A stretch of DNA of 64,000 nt, taken from assembly GCA_947260025.1 (NCBI GenBank), contig CAMYON010000029.1, positions 10,243-74,242 on the forward strand. Reading direction: 5' to 3'. The stretch comes from an uncultured Gammaproteobacteria bacterium (lineage in GTDB: Bacteria > Pseudomonadota > Gammaproteobacteria > GCA-001735895). How positions within the stretch are numbered: position 1 is the first letter of the stretch; every line of letters begins with the position of its first letter. The translations under genes were made by a program, and so were the position numbers. Below are positions 8,410 to 19,099 of the stretch, piece by piece. The notes beneath the pieces are model-generated. The model did not search any database and was not told the DNA's origin. It was given only the letters and a program-made list of their open reading frames with translations.

Positions 8410-9750
8410 TTATTTACGCTTTTTTGCACTTTTTTTGCCCGCAAAGGGGTTTTTTCCAGCTTTCAGCTCGATTCGAAGCGGCGTTCCCTTGAGTTTGAGC
8501 TTGGTGATGAAGAAGTTCGTCAGGTAACGCAGGTAGGCATCGGGTAAATGCTGCGTCTGGTTGCCATGAATCACGATGACCGGGGGATTGCGTCCCCCCT
8601 GGTGCGCGTAACGTAACTTGACGCGCCGGCCATGGTGCAGCGGTGGATTGTGCTTGAATACCGCCTCTTCCAGCAAATCGGTCAGGTAGCGAGTGTTGAG
8701 ATCACGATAGGCCGACGCGTATGCCTGATCGACCGAGCTCATCAATTCCCCTACCCCGGTACCGTGCATGGCCGAAATGAAGTGCCGGGCGGCAAATGGC
8801 GCGAACGATAATCTGCGCTCCAGCGTGCTACGATTTTGTTCGCGTTGCTCGACATCGAGCCCATCCCATTTGTTGACTGCTATCACCAACGCACGCCCAC
8901 TATTCAGCACATAGCCCAGCAGGGTCAGGTCCTGGTCGGTAAGCCCTTCGCGCGCATCGATGACCAGAATTACGACCTGCGATTTTTCGATGGCCTCGAG
9001 AGCCTTGATGACGCTGAATTTCTCGATAGCGGCACGCACCTTACCGCGGCGACGCACGCCGGCGGTATCGATCAGGGTATAAGGTTTGCCATGACGCTCG
9101 AACGGCACCTCGATCGTATCCCGCGTAGTACCCGGTTGATCGAAGGCGACCACGCGTTCTTCGCCGACCAGCCGATTAATGAGCGTCGACTTGCCGACAT
9201 TGGGCCGGCCAATGACCGCAATCAGGGGTCCTGCACGAGGTCCCTGCTGCTCCTCTGCCTCGGGATAAGGCGCGAGCAGGTCGTCGAGCAATGCGCTGGT
9301 GCTTTTGCGGTGCGCGGCGGAAATCGATTGCACATGGTTAAAACCCAGGGCATAAAAGTCGGACTGCGCCTGGTCGGGATTGATACCGTCGACTTTATTG
9401 ACGACCAGGTGGCAGGACTTACCGGATTTGCGCACCAGGTCGGCGATCAACCGGTCCCCGTTGGTGAGGCCGTCCTGCGCGTCGACCAGGAAGACGATTT
9501 CATCTGCCTCTTCCATGGCGAGCCGGGTCTGTCGCGCCATCAAATCATCCAGATCCTGTTTCTCACCGCTAAGGCCTCCGGTATCGACGACGATAAAGGT
9601 CTTGCCAGCACGCTCCCCCACCCCGTACTGGCGATCGCGGGTCAGTCCAGGCTCATTGGCGACAATGGCATCTCTGCTGCGGGTAAAAACATTGAAGAGC
9701 GTAGATTTGCCGACATTAGGACGGCCAATCAACGCGATAACGGGGATCAT
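8410..9750 (-). CDS. der: Ribosome biogenesis GTPase Der
   Basis: Two GRPNVGKS G-domains plus KH-like C-terminus; start at MIPVIALIG. Confidence 0.97.
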   Translation of the reverse strand: MIPVIALIGRPNVGKSTLFNVFTRSRDAIVANEPGLTRDRQYGVGERAGKTFIVVDTGGLSGEKQDLDDLMARQTRLAMEEADEIVFLVDAQDGLTNGDRLIADLVRKSGKSCHLVVNKVDGINPDQAQSDFYALGFNHVQSISAAHRKSTSALLDDLLAPYPEAEEQQGPRAGPLIAVIGRPNVGKSTLINRLVGEERVVAFDQPGTTRDTIEVPFERHGKPYTLIDTAGVRRRGKVRAAIEKFSVIKALEAIEKSQVVILVIDAREGLTDQDLTLLGYVLNSGRALVIAVNKWDGLDVEQREQNRSTLERRLSFAPFAARHFISAMHGTGVGELMSSVDQAYASAYRDLNTRYLTDLLEEAVFKHNPPLHHGRRVKLRYAHQGGRNPPVIVIHGNQTQHLPDAYLRYLTNFFITKLKLKGTPLRIELKAGKNPFAGKKSAKKRK

Positions 9751-10849
9751 TGCTCTAGCGAAGACGAGGCAAGCACGCCATACTTGTCCAGCGTCAGGAC
9801 CGTTTGTCGCCAGATAATCGGCTGCACGTAACTCCTCGCTGCACCGATGCGAATCCTGCCAACAAGCCTGCCGTCCTTGCTGTCGAACCAATGCAGTAAA
9901 CCATCGAGGTCCGCGACCACAACATGGTCACCGCTGATCGAGGGTGCCGTTAGCCTGCGTGCATGCAGTACATCCTGCTTCCAGAACGCCGAGCCCGTGC
10001 GGCGATCGATCGACCACAGGTCGCTGTTATCCGCGCTCAGGAAAATCGCATCCTCACCGACTGCGATTGACTGGTAACTTGAAAACTCGCGTGACCATAA
10101 AAGGTCTCCGCTGACCGCCTGCACCGCCGCCAGTCGACCCTGAAAGGACGATATGTAAATGATGCCGTCGCGCAGAACAAACCGTCCATCCAGGTCGACC
10201 AGTCGCTCAACCTCGGTACGGCCGCCTGGAACGCTGATCGTCGATTCCCATCGAACTTCGCCATCGGCGCGATCGAAGGCGACCAGCTTACCATCGTCGA
10301 ACCCGGCAAATACCAGTTGGCCATCGACCAGCGGCTCGCTATTGCCGGTCAGGGACAACACCGGAACCCGGCGTGAGACCAGCCACTGCTGGCTACCATC
10401 GGCCGTCGACAGGCTGCGCAGCTTGCCATCGACACTGCGTAAAAACAGCTGCTCGCCGTCGACTACCGGCGTCGCGCGAATCTCGCTATCGATGCGAATC
10501 TGCCACAGTAGTTCCGGCTCCGGGTAGGAATTCGAGTAGGCCGCGATATCGCCATCGCGGGAAGTCACGACAAGCATCTCCTGATCGCCGCCGATTCCGG
10601 TAATTGCGTTTAACCCGGTTTCGACGCGCCACAGGAAGGAACCGTTGGCGGCATCGACAGCAGCGGTCGAAGTCGGTAGGAAGCCGCATTGGCCGCAGCT
10701 TGCGTATCGAGCCGCCAGTTGAGTATTAGCGGCCTGGGGTCGACAATTTCAGTCAACTCCGCCGGCGGTTCAGTATTGTCGGTGTCGGACGAACAGGCAA
10801 CCAGTAATCCCGCCAGGATCAGAATGAGGATTCTTATCGCCGGGTTCAA
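9747..10849 (-). pseudogene. bamB: Outer-membrane assembly lipoprotein BamB, frameshifted near 10655
   Basis: Lipobox LVAC in ORF 10610-10849; the propeller continues in another frame (VDAANGSFLWRVETG... GRTEVERLVDLD); lies between yfgM and der. Confidence 0.85.
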
Positions 10850-11469
10850 TCGCGCGCTCCCAGATCGTCGAGCTTCTGCTGCAGAAACGTCTCGCTGGCA
10901 GGTCCTGCAGCGGCGGTTTTCGCCGTACGGTAGGCCTCGATTGCCTCCGCGACCTTGCCCTGCAGTGCATAGGCATCGCCCCGCAGTTCGGCGACCCGAG
11001 CCGAAAACTCATCGGGAAAATCTGCTTCGAGCGTTGCCAGGGCCTGGTCGAACTGGCCATTCTGTATTTGCACCGCCGCCAGCCTGGTGCGTGCAACATA
11101 GGCCAGCGGCTCCTGGCCAGCGCTACCGACAACCTGCTGCAGGGCAAGCCCGGCCTGATCGAATTCACCGTTAGTCACGTGATTCCTGGCCAGTGCCAGT
11201 TGCGCCATTAACGCATAATCGGTGGCGGCGTATTCGTTGATCAGGATATCGGCCTGTTCATTCAGCGCCTGGCTATTGCCGCCGTCGAGTGCAGCAATCA
11301 TTTTAACGTAATGGCCGGAGGCTTCGGCGGCGATCGTTTCCTGCCTTTCGGTCCAGTATTTGTAACCACCGATACCGCCGATACCGATAATTATTCCAAA
11401 AACGATCGACATCCCGTTTTCTTTTAGCCAGGCTTTCAGTCTTTCGACCTGTTCTTCTTCGGTTTCCAT
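10846..11469 (-). CDS. yfgM: YfgM family ancillary SecYEG subunit (TPR)
   Basis: METEEEQVERLKAWLKENG plus TM helix plus TPR; between hisS and bamB. Confidence 0.92.
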   Translation of the reverse strand: METEEEQVERLKAWLKENGMSIVFGIIIGIGGIGGYKYWTERQETIAAEASGHYVKMIAALDGGNSQALNEQADILINEYAATDYALMAQLALARNHVTNGEFDQAGLALQQVVGSAGQEPLAYVARTRLAAVQIQNGQFDQALATLEADFPDEFSARVAELRGDAYALQGKVAEAIEAYRTAKTAAAGPASETFLQQKLDDLGARD

Positions 11470-11478
11470 TTGGTTTCT

Positions 11479-12756
11479 CTAGTTATTACCCAGTAACGAG
11501 TTAATTCGATTGACTATATCCGCTTGCGGGATCTCGTCCTGCTGCCTGTCTTCGCGTAAATACTTGACGGACACCGTGTTCGCCGCGATTTCTGCCTCGC
11601 CAAGTATCAGTGCGATGCGGGCACCCGATTTGTCTGCCTTGCGCATCTGGCTCTTGAAACTGCCGCCACCCGCGTGCACCACCAGCCCCAGGCGCGGCAA
11701 CTGGTCGCGCAGGGTTTCGGCCAGCTGCTGCGCGCGGGGGACACTGTTGTCACCGCGCATCAGCAGGTAGACGTCGCAACCGGACTCGCCCTGCGCTCGA
11801 CCCTGATCGACCAACATCGACACCAGTCGTTCGCATCCCATCGAGAATCCGGCAGCGTAGTTGGGCTTGCCGCCGAGCTGTTCGACCAGGCCATCGTAGC
11901 GCCCGCCACCGCAAACCGTACCCTGGGCACCCAGTGTGTCGGTCACCCATTCAAAAACCGTATGGCAATAGTAATCGAGACCACGCACCAGTCGCTGGTT
12001 AACCTGGTAAGCGACCCCGGTCTTGTCGAGGATATCCGTCAGTTCGTTAAAATGCTCACGAGACTCCTGGTCGAGGCTATCCACGAGCGCCGGTGCGCTC
12101 TCGATCAGGGCCTGCATGTCGGGATTCTTACTGTCCAGGATCCGCAGCGGATTGGTCTCGAGTCGCCGCTGACTGTCTGCATCCAGCGAATCGTAGTGGT
12201 CACGAAAGTACTCGACCAGAATACTGCGGAAGCGTTGCCGACAGCCGCTGCTGCCAAGACTATTGATCTGCAACTCGATATCCTCGAGGCCAAGCCGCTT
12301 CCAGAATCGCGCCGCCAGCAGTATCAGCTCTGCCTCGATATCGGCACCGGGAATACCGAAGGTTTCGGCACCCAGCTGGTGAAACTGCCGGTAGCGGCCC
12401 TTTTGCGGGCGCTCATGGCGGAACATCGGCCCGGAATACCAAAGCCTGTGTTGCTGATCCTGCAGCATTCCAGCCTGCAAACCCGCGCGCACCACGCTCG
12501 CGGTATTCTCCGGGCGCAGGCTCAGGCTATCGCCGTTGCGATCCTCGAAACTGTACATTTCCTTTTCGACGATATCGGTGACGGCACCGATCGAGCGCGC
12601 AAACAGCGCCGTCTTTTCGACCACAGGGGTTCTGATTTCGCGATAGCCGTAGGATTCGGCAAGGGCTCGATACTCATCCTCGAGCTGATTCCAGACGGGC
12701 ATGTCGGCTGGCAGAATATCGTGCATTCCGCGAATGACCTGAAGTAACTCTGCCAC
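11479..12756 (-). CDS. hisS: Histidine--tRNA ligase
   Basis: RPENTA, FRHERPQKGRYRQFHQ, RGLDYY, GGRYDGL. Confidence 0.98.
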   Translation of the reverse strand: MAELLQVIRGMHDILPADMPVWNQLEDEYRALAESYGYREIRTPVVEKTALFARSIGAVTDIVEKEMYSFEDRNGDSLSLRPENTASVVRAGLQAGMLQDQQHRLWYSGPMFRHERPQKGRYRQFHQLGAETFGIPGADIEAELILLAARFWKRLGLEDIELQINSLGSSGCRQRFRSILVEYFRDHYDSLDADSQRRLETNPLRILDSKNPDMQALIESAPALVDSLDQESREHFNELTDILDKTGVAYQVNQRLVRGLDYYCHTVFEWVTDTLGAQGTVCGGGRYDGLVEQLGGKPNYAAGFSMGCERLVSMLVDQGRAQGESGCDVYLLMRGDNSVPRAQQLAETLRDQLPRLGLVVHAGGGSFKSQMRKADKSGARIALILGEAEIAANTVSVKYLREDRQQDEIPQADIVNRINSLLGNN

Positions 12757-12769
12757 ACTCGACCCCGTT

Positions 12770-13819
12770 CTAGCCGCCTATTTTGAGACGAGCGGTATTG
12801 TCGTCACGTATCCTGGACGAGAAATTAATCTCTTCGTCATTGAACAGGATTTCGACGCCAAAACCATTACCGAGGAAAACCGAGAACGGCGCCGCACCGG
12901 TTAACTCAACCGTCTGGTCCGCGCGCAGCAGGTCATAGACCAGCTGGTAGCCGGAACTGTCCTTGATGTCGGCCCAGGTATCGGCGTTGACGACAATGCT
13001 CAGTTTATCCGAACCGACGGGCGCATTCAGATTCGGCAGATCGCGGCTGCCCAGCACCGGCTCCAACGCCTCGGTGGTGGCCGCAGCGCTAGCGGCGGGC
13101 TCAGGCTGCTGCATCGCGACTGCTTCGTCGGGCTCGGATTCGAGCGGCTCGGGATCGACCGGTTCGCTCGCGGCCGGTTCGCTGGCAACAGCCTCGGCTT
13201 CGACTGATTCTGCAGCGACCGTTTCACCCTGTGCCGGCGCCTCCGCTTCCGCCAGCTCCTGCTCCGCCTGGATCGCTTCATCGGCGGCTGCCTGCATCTC
13301 CGAAGCAGCCTCGATTTCGGTATTGACCACCTCCGATTCGACCGGCTCGGTTGCTTCCTGGCTCGAAGTTTGGGTATCCAGCGAAATGGGCGATTCTTCG
13401 TCCTGGCTTTTATTCCACCACCAGGCTGCCAGTAACGCCGCGAGCCCCAGGACGACGAGATAGGTGGTCCATTTTATGCGCACATCGGCGACCGACAATT
13501 CGGGTATCGTGTTACTGGTCGAGGATATCGGCGGATCCTCTTCAGAGTAATAATCGATGTATTGCTCGATCATGTCGTCTTCATCGAGCGCGACGATTCG
13601 CGCATAGGCACGCAAATAGCCTTTGACAAAGATCGGGGCAGTAATTTCTTCGAAGTTATTTTCCTCGATAGCCTCGAGGATACCGGGGCTCAGGTGCATA
13701 CGTCCTGCAACATCTTCGAGCGACAATCCCTGCTGAATCCGAGCTGCCTGCAGACGCTCCCCTGGGCCGATACCACTCGGCCGGGTTTCCGTCTTCGTCT
13801 GTTGCTCTGCCGTTGACAT
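12770..13819 (-). CDS. rodZ: Cytoskeleton protein RodZ
   Basis: N-terminal HTH (FVKGYLRAYAR), TM segment, acidic linker, C-terminal DUF4115-like domain; operon position. Confidence 0.9.
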   Translation of the reverse strand: MSTAEQQTKTETRPSGIGPGERLQAARIQQGLSLEDVAGRMHLSPGILEAIEENNFEEITAPIFVKGYLRAYARIVALDEDDMIEQYIDYYSEEDPPISSTSNTIPELSVADVRIKWTTYLVVLGLAALLAAWWWNKSQDEESPISLDTQTSSQEATEPVESEVVNTEIEAASEMQAAADEAIQAEQELAEAEAPAQGETVAAESVEAEAVASEPAASEPVDPEPLESEPDEAVAMQQPEPAASAAATTEALEPVLGSRDLPNLNAPVGSDKLSIVVNADTWADIKDSSGYQLVYDLLRADQTVELTGAAPFSVFLGNGFGVEILFNDEEINFSSRIRDDNTARLKIGG

Positions 13820-13820
13820 A

Positions 13821-14570
13821 CTACTGAATCTTTAGCCAGTCCTGGTATTCGCGCGAGTCGGGAAACTCCGACTCCAAACGTTGCGCCAGCTCGGCAACGT
13901 CGCCTGCGCTATCCAGCTCGAGCGTGTTCCGGATTGCCAGCCACAGGCTTTTGGCACTGGCGCGCGCGGTCAGGTGATAACGATCGATATAAAGCTTCGT
14001 CTGGGCGTAATCGCCCTCGCTGAACAGCAATTCACTCATGGTCAGCAATGCCGGCGCAAAATCGCTCTTTGCGGCCAGCGCCTTGCGCAGGTATTCCCTG
14101 GCGTCGTCTCGCTCGTTAACCTTGAGCAAACATATCGCCGCATTGGTATAAGCAAACTCGGGGGTCTTGTAGAGCGGATCATCGAGTGCGCGCAGGAAGT
14201 ACTTTTCCGACTCCCGTTCCCTGTTGTTACGGCACAGGAACGCGCCATAATTATTCGCTGCCTCGGGATTCTTCGGATCAAGCCTGGTCGCGATCCCGTA
14301 GTGACGTTCCGCAAGTTCTTTCTGCCCCAGGCGATCCTGCAGAATGGCGTAGGTATAGTTGGCTTTGACATTGTCGGGATTGTATTGCAGCGCCCTTAAC
14401 AGTTTTTCACTCGCCAGCTCGAGATTGCCTTGCCGCAGATACCCGATTCCCAGCTCCACATTAACGTTACTGGCCGCGTCATTGTCAGTTGGCTTCTTCG
14501 AACCCGAGGTTACGCAGCCCTGCAGCAGCCCGAGCAGCAGCAGAAGAACAACAATTTTCTCAATGCGCAA
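13821..14570 (-). CDS. pilW: Type IV pilus biogenesis/stability TPR lipoprotein PilW/PilF
   Basis: Lipobox LQGC, ELGIGYL, NNYGAFLC; between rlmN and rodZ. Confidence 0.9.
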   Translation of the reverse strand: MRIEKIVVLLLLLGLLQGCVTSGSKKPTDNDAASNVNVELGIGYLRQGNLELASEKLLRALQYNPDNVKANYTYAILQDRLGQKELAERHYGIATRLDPKNPEAANNYGAFLCRNNRERESEKYFLRALDDPLYKTPEFAYTNAAICLLKVNERDDAREYLRKALAAKSDFAPALLTMSELLFSEGDYAQTKLYIDRYHLTARASAKSLWLAIRNTLELDSAGDVAELAQRLESEFPDSREYQDWLKIQ

Positions 14571-15681
14571 GATTCACCCCCTCGATCTGGCTGAGGCTCA
14601 ACTGGTATTTGCTGCTGCGCCGGCTGCGGTCCTGGAAAGCACCGACCAGCTGGCCACAGGCGGCATCGATATCGTCGCCACGCGCGCGACGGGTCACCGT
14701 AACGATCCCCTTGCCCGCGGTGTAATCCCGAAAGCGATCGATCGTGGACTGTTCCGAACAGCGGTAAATGGCGTGCGGGTAGGGATTGAACGGAATCAGA
14801 TTCAGCTTGCAGGGCATGTCGCCTATCAGCTTCACCAGCTGGCGTGCATGTTCGAGGCTGTCGTTAACGCCTTCCAGCATGACGTATTCGAAAGTGATTT
14901 TACGACTCCGGTAGCCATCGATATAGCTGTGACAGGCCTGCATCAATTCCTTGATCGGGTACTTGCGATTGATCGGCACCAGTTGATTGCGCAACCGATC
15001 GTTGGGCGCGTGCAGCGATACCGCGAGCGCCACGTCGGTAACCTGTTCCAGCTTATGCATGGCCGGCACGACACCGGCGGTGCTGATGGTGACGCGGCGT
15101 TTACTCAGCGCGTAACCGAAATCATCGCACATCATATCGACCGCGGCGATCACCGCATCAAAGTTGAGCAGGGGCTCACCCATGCCCATCATCACGACAT
15201 TGGTTACACCCTGCTCATAGCCTTCCGCGAGCAGGCTATGGTGCGCAAAGTGCAATTGGGCGATTATTTCAGCGGTGGTCAGATTGCGATTAAACCCCTG
15301 CTTCGCGGTCGAGCAAAAACTGCAGTTCAGCGTACAGCCCAATTGCGAGGAAACGCACAGGGTCATGCGCGATTTTTCAGGAATCAACACGCACTCGATG
15401 GCGTTATCGCTGTCGTCGACGCCAAGCAACCATTTACGCGTACCGTCGGCCGATTTCTGTTGTTCCAGCATACGTGGATGCTCGATACAACAATGCCGCT
15501 GCAGGAACTCCCGCAGTTTCTTGGACATATCGGTCATCAACGCAAAATCCGTCACCCCGCGCTGGTGCACCCACTGCATCAACTGCCTGGCGCGAAACGG
15601 CTTTTCTCCATTGGAGACAAAAAACGTTTCTAGCGCCGCTCGATTGTAATCGAGTAAATTAATCTTTTCGGTCACGGGCAT
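14560..15681 (-). CDS. rlmN: 23S rRNA/tRNA m2A methyltransferase RlmN
   Basis: CVSSQLGCTLNCSFC, MGMGEP, DIDAACGQL; likely ATG at 15681. Confidence 0.97.
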   Translation of the reverse strand: MPVTEKINLLDYNRAALETFFVSNGEKPFRARQLMQWVHQRGVTDFALMTDMSKKLREFLQRHCCIEHPRMLEQQKSADGTRKWLLGVDDSDNAIECVLIPEKSRMTLCVSSQLGCTLNCSFCSTAKQGFNRNLTTAEIIAQLHFAHHSLLAEGYEQGVTNVVMMGMGEPLLNFDAVIAAVDMMCDDFGYALSKRRVTISTAGVVPAMHKLEQVTDVALAVSLHAPNDRLRNQLVPINRKYPIKELMQACHSYIDGYRSRKITFEYVMLEGVNDSLEHARQLVKLIGDMPCKLNLIPFNPYPHAIYRCSEQSTIDRFRDYTAGKGIVTVTRRARGDDIDAACGQLVGAFQDRSRRSSKYQLSLSQIEGVNLAH

Positions 15682-15914
15682 CGGATTGGTTGCAGATACT
15701 CTGGCTAAGCCAAACATGATTACCCGGCAAGGATAAGGCCGCCGGGTCAATCGCCGAATTTTACGCATAAATCAGTTGTAGTAGAAGTGAAAAGCTTCCA
15801 CTGGAGAAGTATTTACCCGCTTTTGCCTCGATTTTTCGGTAAAACCGCTTGTTAGGTCCGAGTAGCCCGATATAATTCGGGTTTTTACAGGTTTGACACG
15901 GCCGCCCACCCCCG

Positions 15915-17390
15915 ATGATCTTCACCGAAACCCGCGGTAACGACGGCACTCGCGACGCCCAAATCAGCTTTTCAGGGGCGCTTTTATCACCCATTGCCTC
16001 GTTCGGAGGCATCTATAGCCCGAAGTCTCTGACGCCGCTGCCACCCGATTTTCTGGGCCAGCATATCGAGAGTTCTTACCAGGCCCTGTCGCTGGCGTTA
16101 CTCGAATACCTGGACATCGACATCGAATCCTCGGTCCTGCGCTCGGCACTTGCCCTGTACGATCGTTTCGACGATCCCGCCGACCCGGTGCCGCTGGCAA
16201 AGATCGAAGACAAACTGTTCGTCAGCGAGCTTTACCACGGCCCGACCAGGGCATTCAAGGACATGGCGCTGCAGCCCTTTGGCCTGATATTGTCGAACCT
16301 GGCGCAGCAACGGGAGCGGCAGTACCTGATCCTGACGGCAACCAGCGGCGATACCGGTCCGGCAGCGCTGGAAACCTTTCGCGACCGTCCCAATATTCGC
16401 GTCGCCTGCCTTTATCCGGCCGGCGGAACCTCCGACGTGCAGCGTCTGCAAATGGTTACCGAGGCGGCGGCCAACCTCAAGGTGATCGGCATCCATGGAA
16501 ACTTTGACGACGCGCAATCGGCGCTTAAATCGTTGCTGGCTTCGCCCTCATTCAATCAGCGTCTGGACGAACTCGATATCTCGCTATCGGCCGCCAACTC
16601 GGTTAATTTCGGACGCATCATCTTCCAGATGCTGTACCAGTTTCATTCCTATCTTGCGCTAGTACGCCAGCAGGAAATCGAACTCGGCGACGAAGTCGTT
16701 TTACATATCCCCAGCGGTAATTTCGGCAACGCGCTCGGCGCCTACTACGCGCGACGGCTCGGATTGCCGATCGCAAAGATCGTGATCGCATCGAACGCCA
16801 ATAACGTGCTCACGGAGTGGATCGACAGCGGGCGCTACGATCTCAGCAAACGTCAATTGATTGCGACCACGTCACCGGCGATGGATATTCTCAAGTCATC
16901 CAACGTCGAGCGGGTGCTGTTTGACCTGTTCGGTGCCGCCCGCACGCGCGATTTGATGCGGCAGCTCGACGACAACGGCTGGTATCAACTCGAAGCCGAC
17001 GAACATGACCAGATCAGCGAGATCTTTGCCGCGGACTTTTGTTCCGACGAAGAAAGCATGCATTACATCAAACAGGCGTTCGACGCTGGATACCTGATGG
17101 ACCCGCACACCGCCACCTGTTTCAAATCCTGTCGTGCGCCCGCGTTTGCGGACCGGGTAAATATCATCTATTCAACCGCGGAATGGACCAAGTTCGCACC
17201 GATTATCGATCAGGCGATCAATGGTAACCGCGGGCAGGCTGATCGCAGCGCGCTGGAAGCGATCGCCGCGTCCGCCAATGTCGAGGTTCCACCGATGATC
17301 GCCAGCCTGTTCGAGAAACCGGTCGCGCACCCCGACGTGGTTGCGAGACAGGATATCGAGGCCGAGATACTGAAATTCCTCGAAACCTGA
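15915..17390 (+). CDS. thrC: Threonine synthase (Campylobacterota-like sequence type)
   Basis: PLP-lysine motif ELYHGPTRAFKD, ATSGDTG, NSVNFGRI, PSGNFGN, STAEWTKF. Confidence 0.93.
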   Translation: MIFTETRGNDGTRDAQISFSGALLSPIASFGGIYSPKSLTPLPPDFLGQHIESSYQALSLALLEYLDIDIESSVLRSALALYDRFDDPADPVPLAKIEDKLFVSELYHGPTRAFKDMALQPFGLILSNLAQQRERQYLILTATSGDTGPAALETFRDRPNIRVACLYPAGGTSDVQRLQMVTEAAANLKVIGIHGNFDDAQSALKSLLASPSFNQRLDELDISLSAANSVNFGRIIFQMLYQFHSYLALVRQQEIELGDEVVLHIPSGNFGNALGAYYARRLGLPIAKIVIASNANNVLTEWIDSGRYDLSKRQLIATTSPAMDILKSSNVERVLFDLFGAARTRDLMRQLDDNGWYQLEADEHDQISEIFAADFCSDEESMHYIKQAFDAGYLMDPHTATCFKSCRAPAFADRVNIIYSTAEWTKFAPIIDQAINGNRGQADRSALEAIAASANVEVPPMIASLFEKPVAHPDVVARQDIEAEILKFLET

Positions 17391-17392
17391 AC

Positions 17393-18613
17393 TTACTGTT
17401 CGGGTGGGAGTTCCGCCTCGGTCCAGCGCATCACCAGCAGCCCGGCGACCCCCAGTACCGCGAAACCGAGGACCAGTGGCAACACCGTTGAGTTGTAGGC
17501 ATCGGCCACGATCACGCCAAAAATCACCGAAATCAGCGTCGATATGGATCCCACAACCGCCGATCCGAGGCCGGCGATGTGCCCCAACGGCTCCATCGCC
17601 AGTGCATTCAGGTTGCCGAACAGAATACCGAAACAGAAGAACAGCGGCAGCAGGTAAAGCATCAGCAGGTTCAAATGTGGATGGCCATCGAAATACCATG
17701 CGCACAACAGGAAGCAAAAAGACAACAGGCATATCGACCGCAGGGCGATACGCGACAACCGGCGCATGCCGAAACGCATGACCAGACGCGCATTGACCAG
17801 CGAGGCGCAGCCAATCGAGACCGCAAGGATGCCGAAATACAGCGGGAATAGCAGCTGTAACTGATACTGAACCTGGAATATCTGCTGCGAACTGCTGAGG
17901 TAGCCGAGGAAGGCGCCGAAGATGAAGCCCATCGTCAGCGTGTAACCCAGTGCGGCCCGGATACGTAGAATGGCTCTTACGTCGAAAATCAGCTGCGCGA
18001 ACGAGAACGCGATGCGATTGCCCCTGGTCAGGGTCTCCGGCTGACGTCGCCAGAACCAAAAGCCGACCGCCAGCGCGAGGCACAGGAACATCACGTAGAT
18101 GTAATGCCAGTCAGCCAGCAACAGGATGCCCTGGCCCACGGCCGGCGCGAACACCGGCACCAGGATGAACACGGTCATGACGAAAGACATCACGCGCGCC
18201 ATCTCGCGCCCCTTGTACTTGTCGCGCACCAGGGCGATCGAGACGATGCGCGGGCCCGAGGCGCCCAATCCCTGCAGGAATCGACCCATCAGCATTTGCG
18301 TAAAATCGACCGCGACAATCGATAACAAACAGCCCAGGGTAAATAGCAACAAGCCTGACAGGATCGCGGGGCGGCGGCCGATGGAATCCGACAACGGTCC
18401 GAAAAAGAGCTGCCCCAGGCCCATACCGGCAAAAAATACCGAGATGACGTATTGACTGTCGTTGATACGAGTGACGCCGAGATCGGCCGCTATTTCCGGC
18501 AGCGCAGGCAACATCGCGTCGATGGACAACGCCACCAGCGAAATGATCAACGCGATCAGGATCACGAATTCGGCGAAACCCGGCCCGGGGCTGGCAGTTG
18601 CGCGCGTAGTCAC
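17393..18613 (-). CDS. Bcr/CflA family multidrug efflux MFS transporter
   Basis: SIDAMLPALP, MFS motif A GPLSDSIGRRP, about 12 TM segments. Confidence 0.9.
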   Translation of the reverse strand: MTTRATASPGPGFAEFVILIALIISLVALSIDAMLPALPEIAADLGVTRINDSQYVISVFFAGMGLGQLFFGPLSDSIGRRPAILSGLLLFTLGCLLSIVAVDFTQMLMGRFLQGLGASGPRIVSIALVRDKYKGREMARVMSFVMTVFILVPVFAPAVGQGILLLADWHYIYVMFLCLALAVGFWFWRRQPETLTRGNRIAFSFAQLIFDVRAILRIRAALGYTLTMGFIFGAFLGYLSSSQQIFQVQYQLQLLFPLYFGILAVSIGCASLVNARLVMRFGMRRLSRIALRSICLLSFCFLLCAWYFDGHPHLNLLMLYLLPLFFCFGILFGNLNALAMEPLGHIAGLGSAVVGSISTLISVIFGVIVADAYNSTVLPLVLGFAVLGVAGLLVMRWTEAELPPEQ

Positions 18614-18634
18614 TGTCGTATTGGCCCGGTCCTT

Positions 18635-19081
18635 TCAGCCGGATGTCAGAGCGGTCATCAGGCAACTGGCGCTGTCCGGGCAGAGTGCAGCAAACTGCCT
18701 GGTTTGCGCGATGGCGGCAGGCACTTGCGCGCGCTCCACCCGGCTGAATCCCAGGTTTTCGAAGTACCCCGCGGCGGTTTCGGTCAACAGGTAAACCGCT
18801 TCCCTGCCCTGCAGTTGCGCCTGCCCGAGCAGAAATTCGACGATTGCTCGCGCCAGGCCACGCTCCCGGTACTCTGGCTGCACCACGACCGAACGCAGCA
18901 GGCCGAAATTACCCGCTGGTTCCAGCCCGCCAGCGGCAACCAGCCTGTCGCCATCAAACATTCCGCAAAAAATCTCGGCACACTCACCGATATCCTCGAT
19001 CGGCAAATCGTTGTTTTTCAACAGGTTTTCAAGTTGACCCAGGCAATCGGCTGACAGCCAGGCTATCGAACCGAGCGACAT
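18635..19081 (-). CDS. GNAT N-acetyltransferase, ArsN2-like
   Basis: LLRSVVV..EYRERGLA, LLTETA, QFAALCPDSA. Confidence 0.75.
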   Translation of the reverse strand: MSLGSIAWLSADCLGQLENLLKNNDLPIEDIGECAEIFCGMFDGDRLVAAGGLEPAGNFGLLRSVVVQPEYRERGLARAIVEFLLGQAQLQGREAVYLLTETAAGYFENLGFSRVERAQVPAAIAQTRQFAALCPDSASCLMTALTSG

Positions 19082-19099
19082 TAAGCGCGTGCTCTCGAA

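Noticed and set aside
5085-19081. Arsenic-related cluster (metallophosphoesterase plus ArsN2-like GNAT)
   Set aside because: The genes are 13 kb apart, with no arsR, arsC, acr3 or radical-SAM partner in the window.
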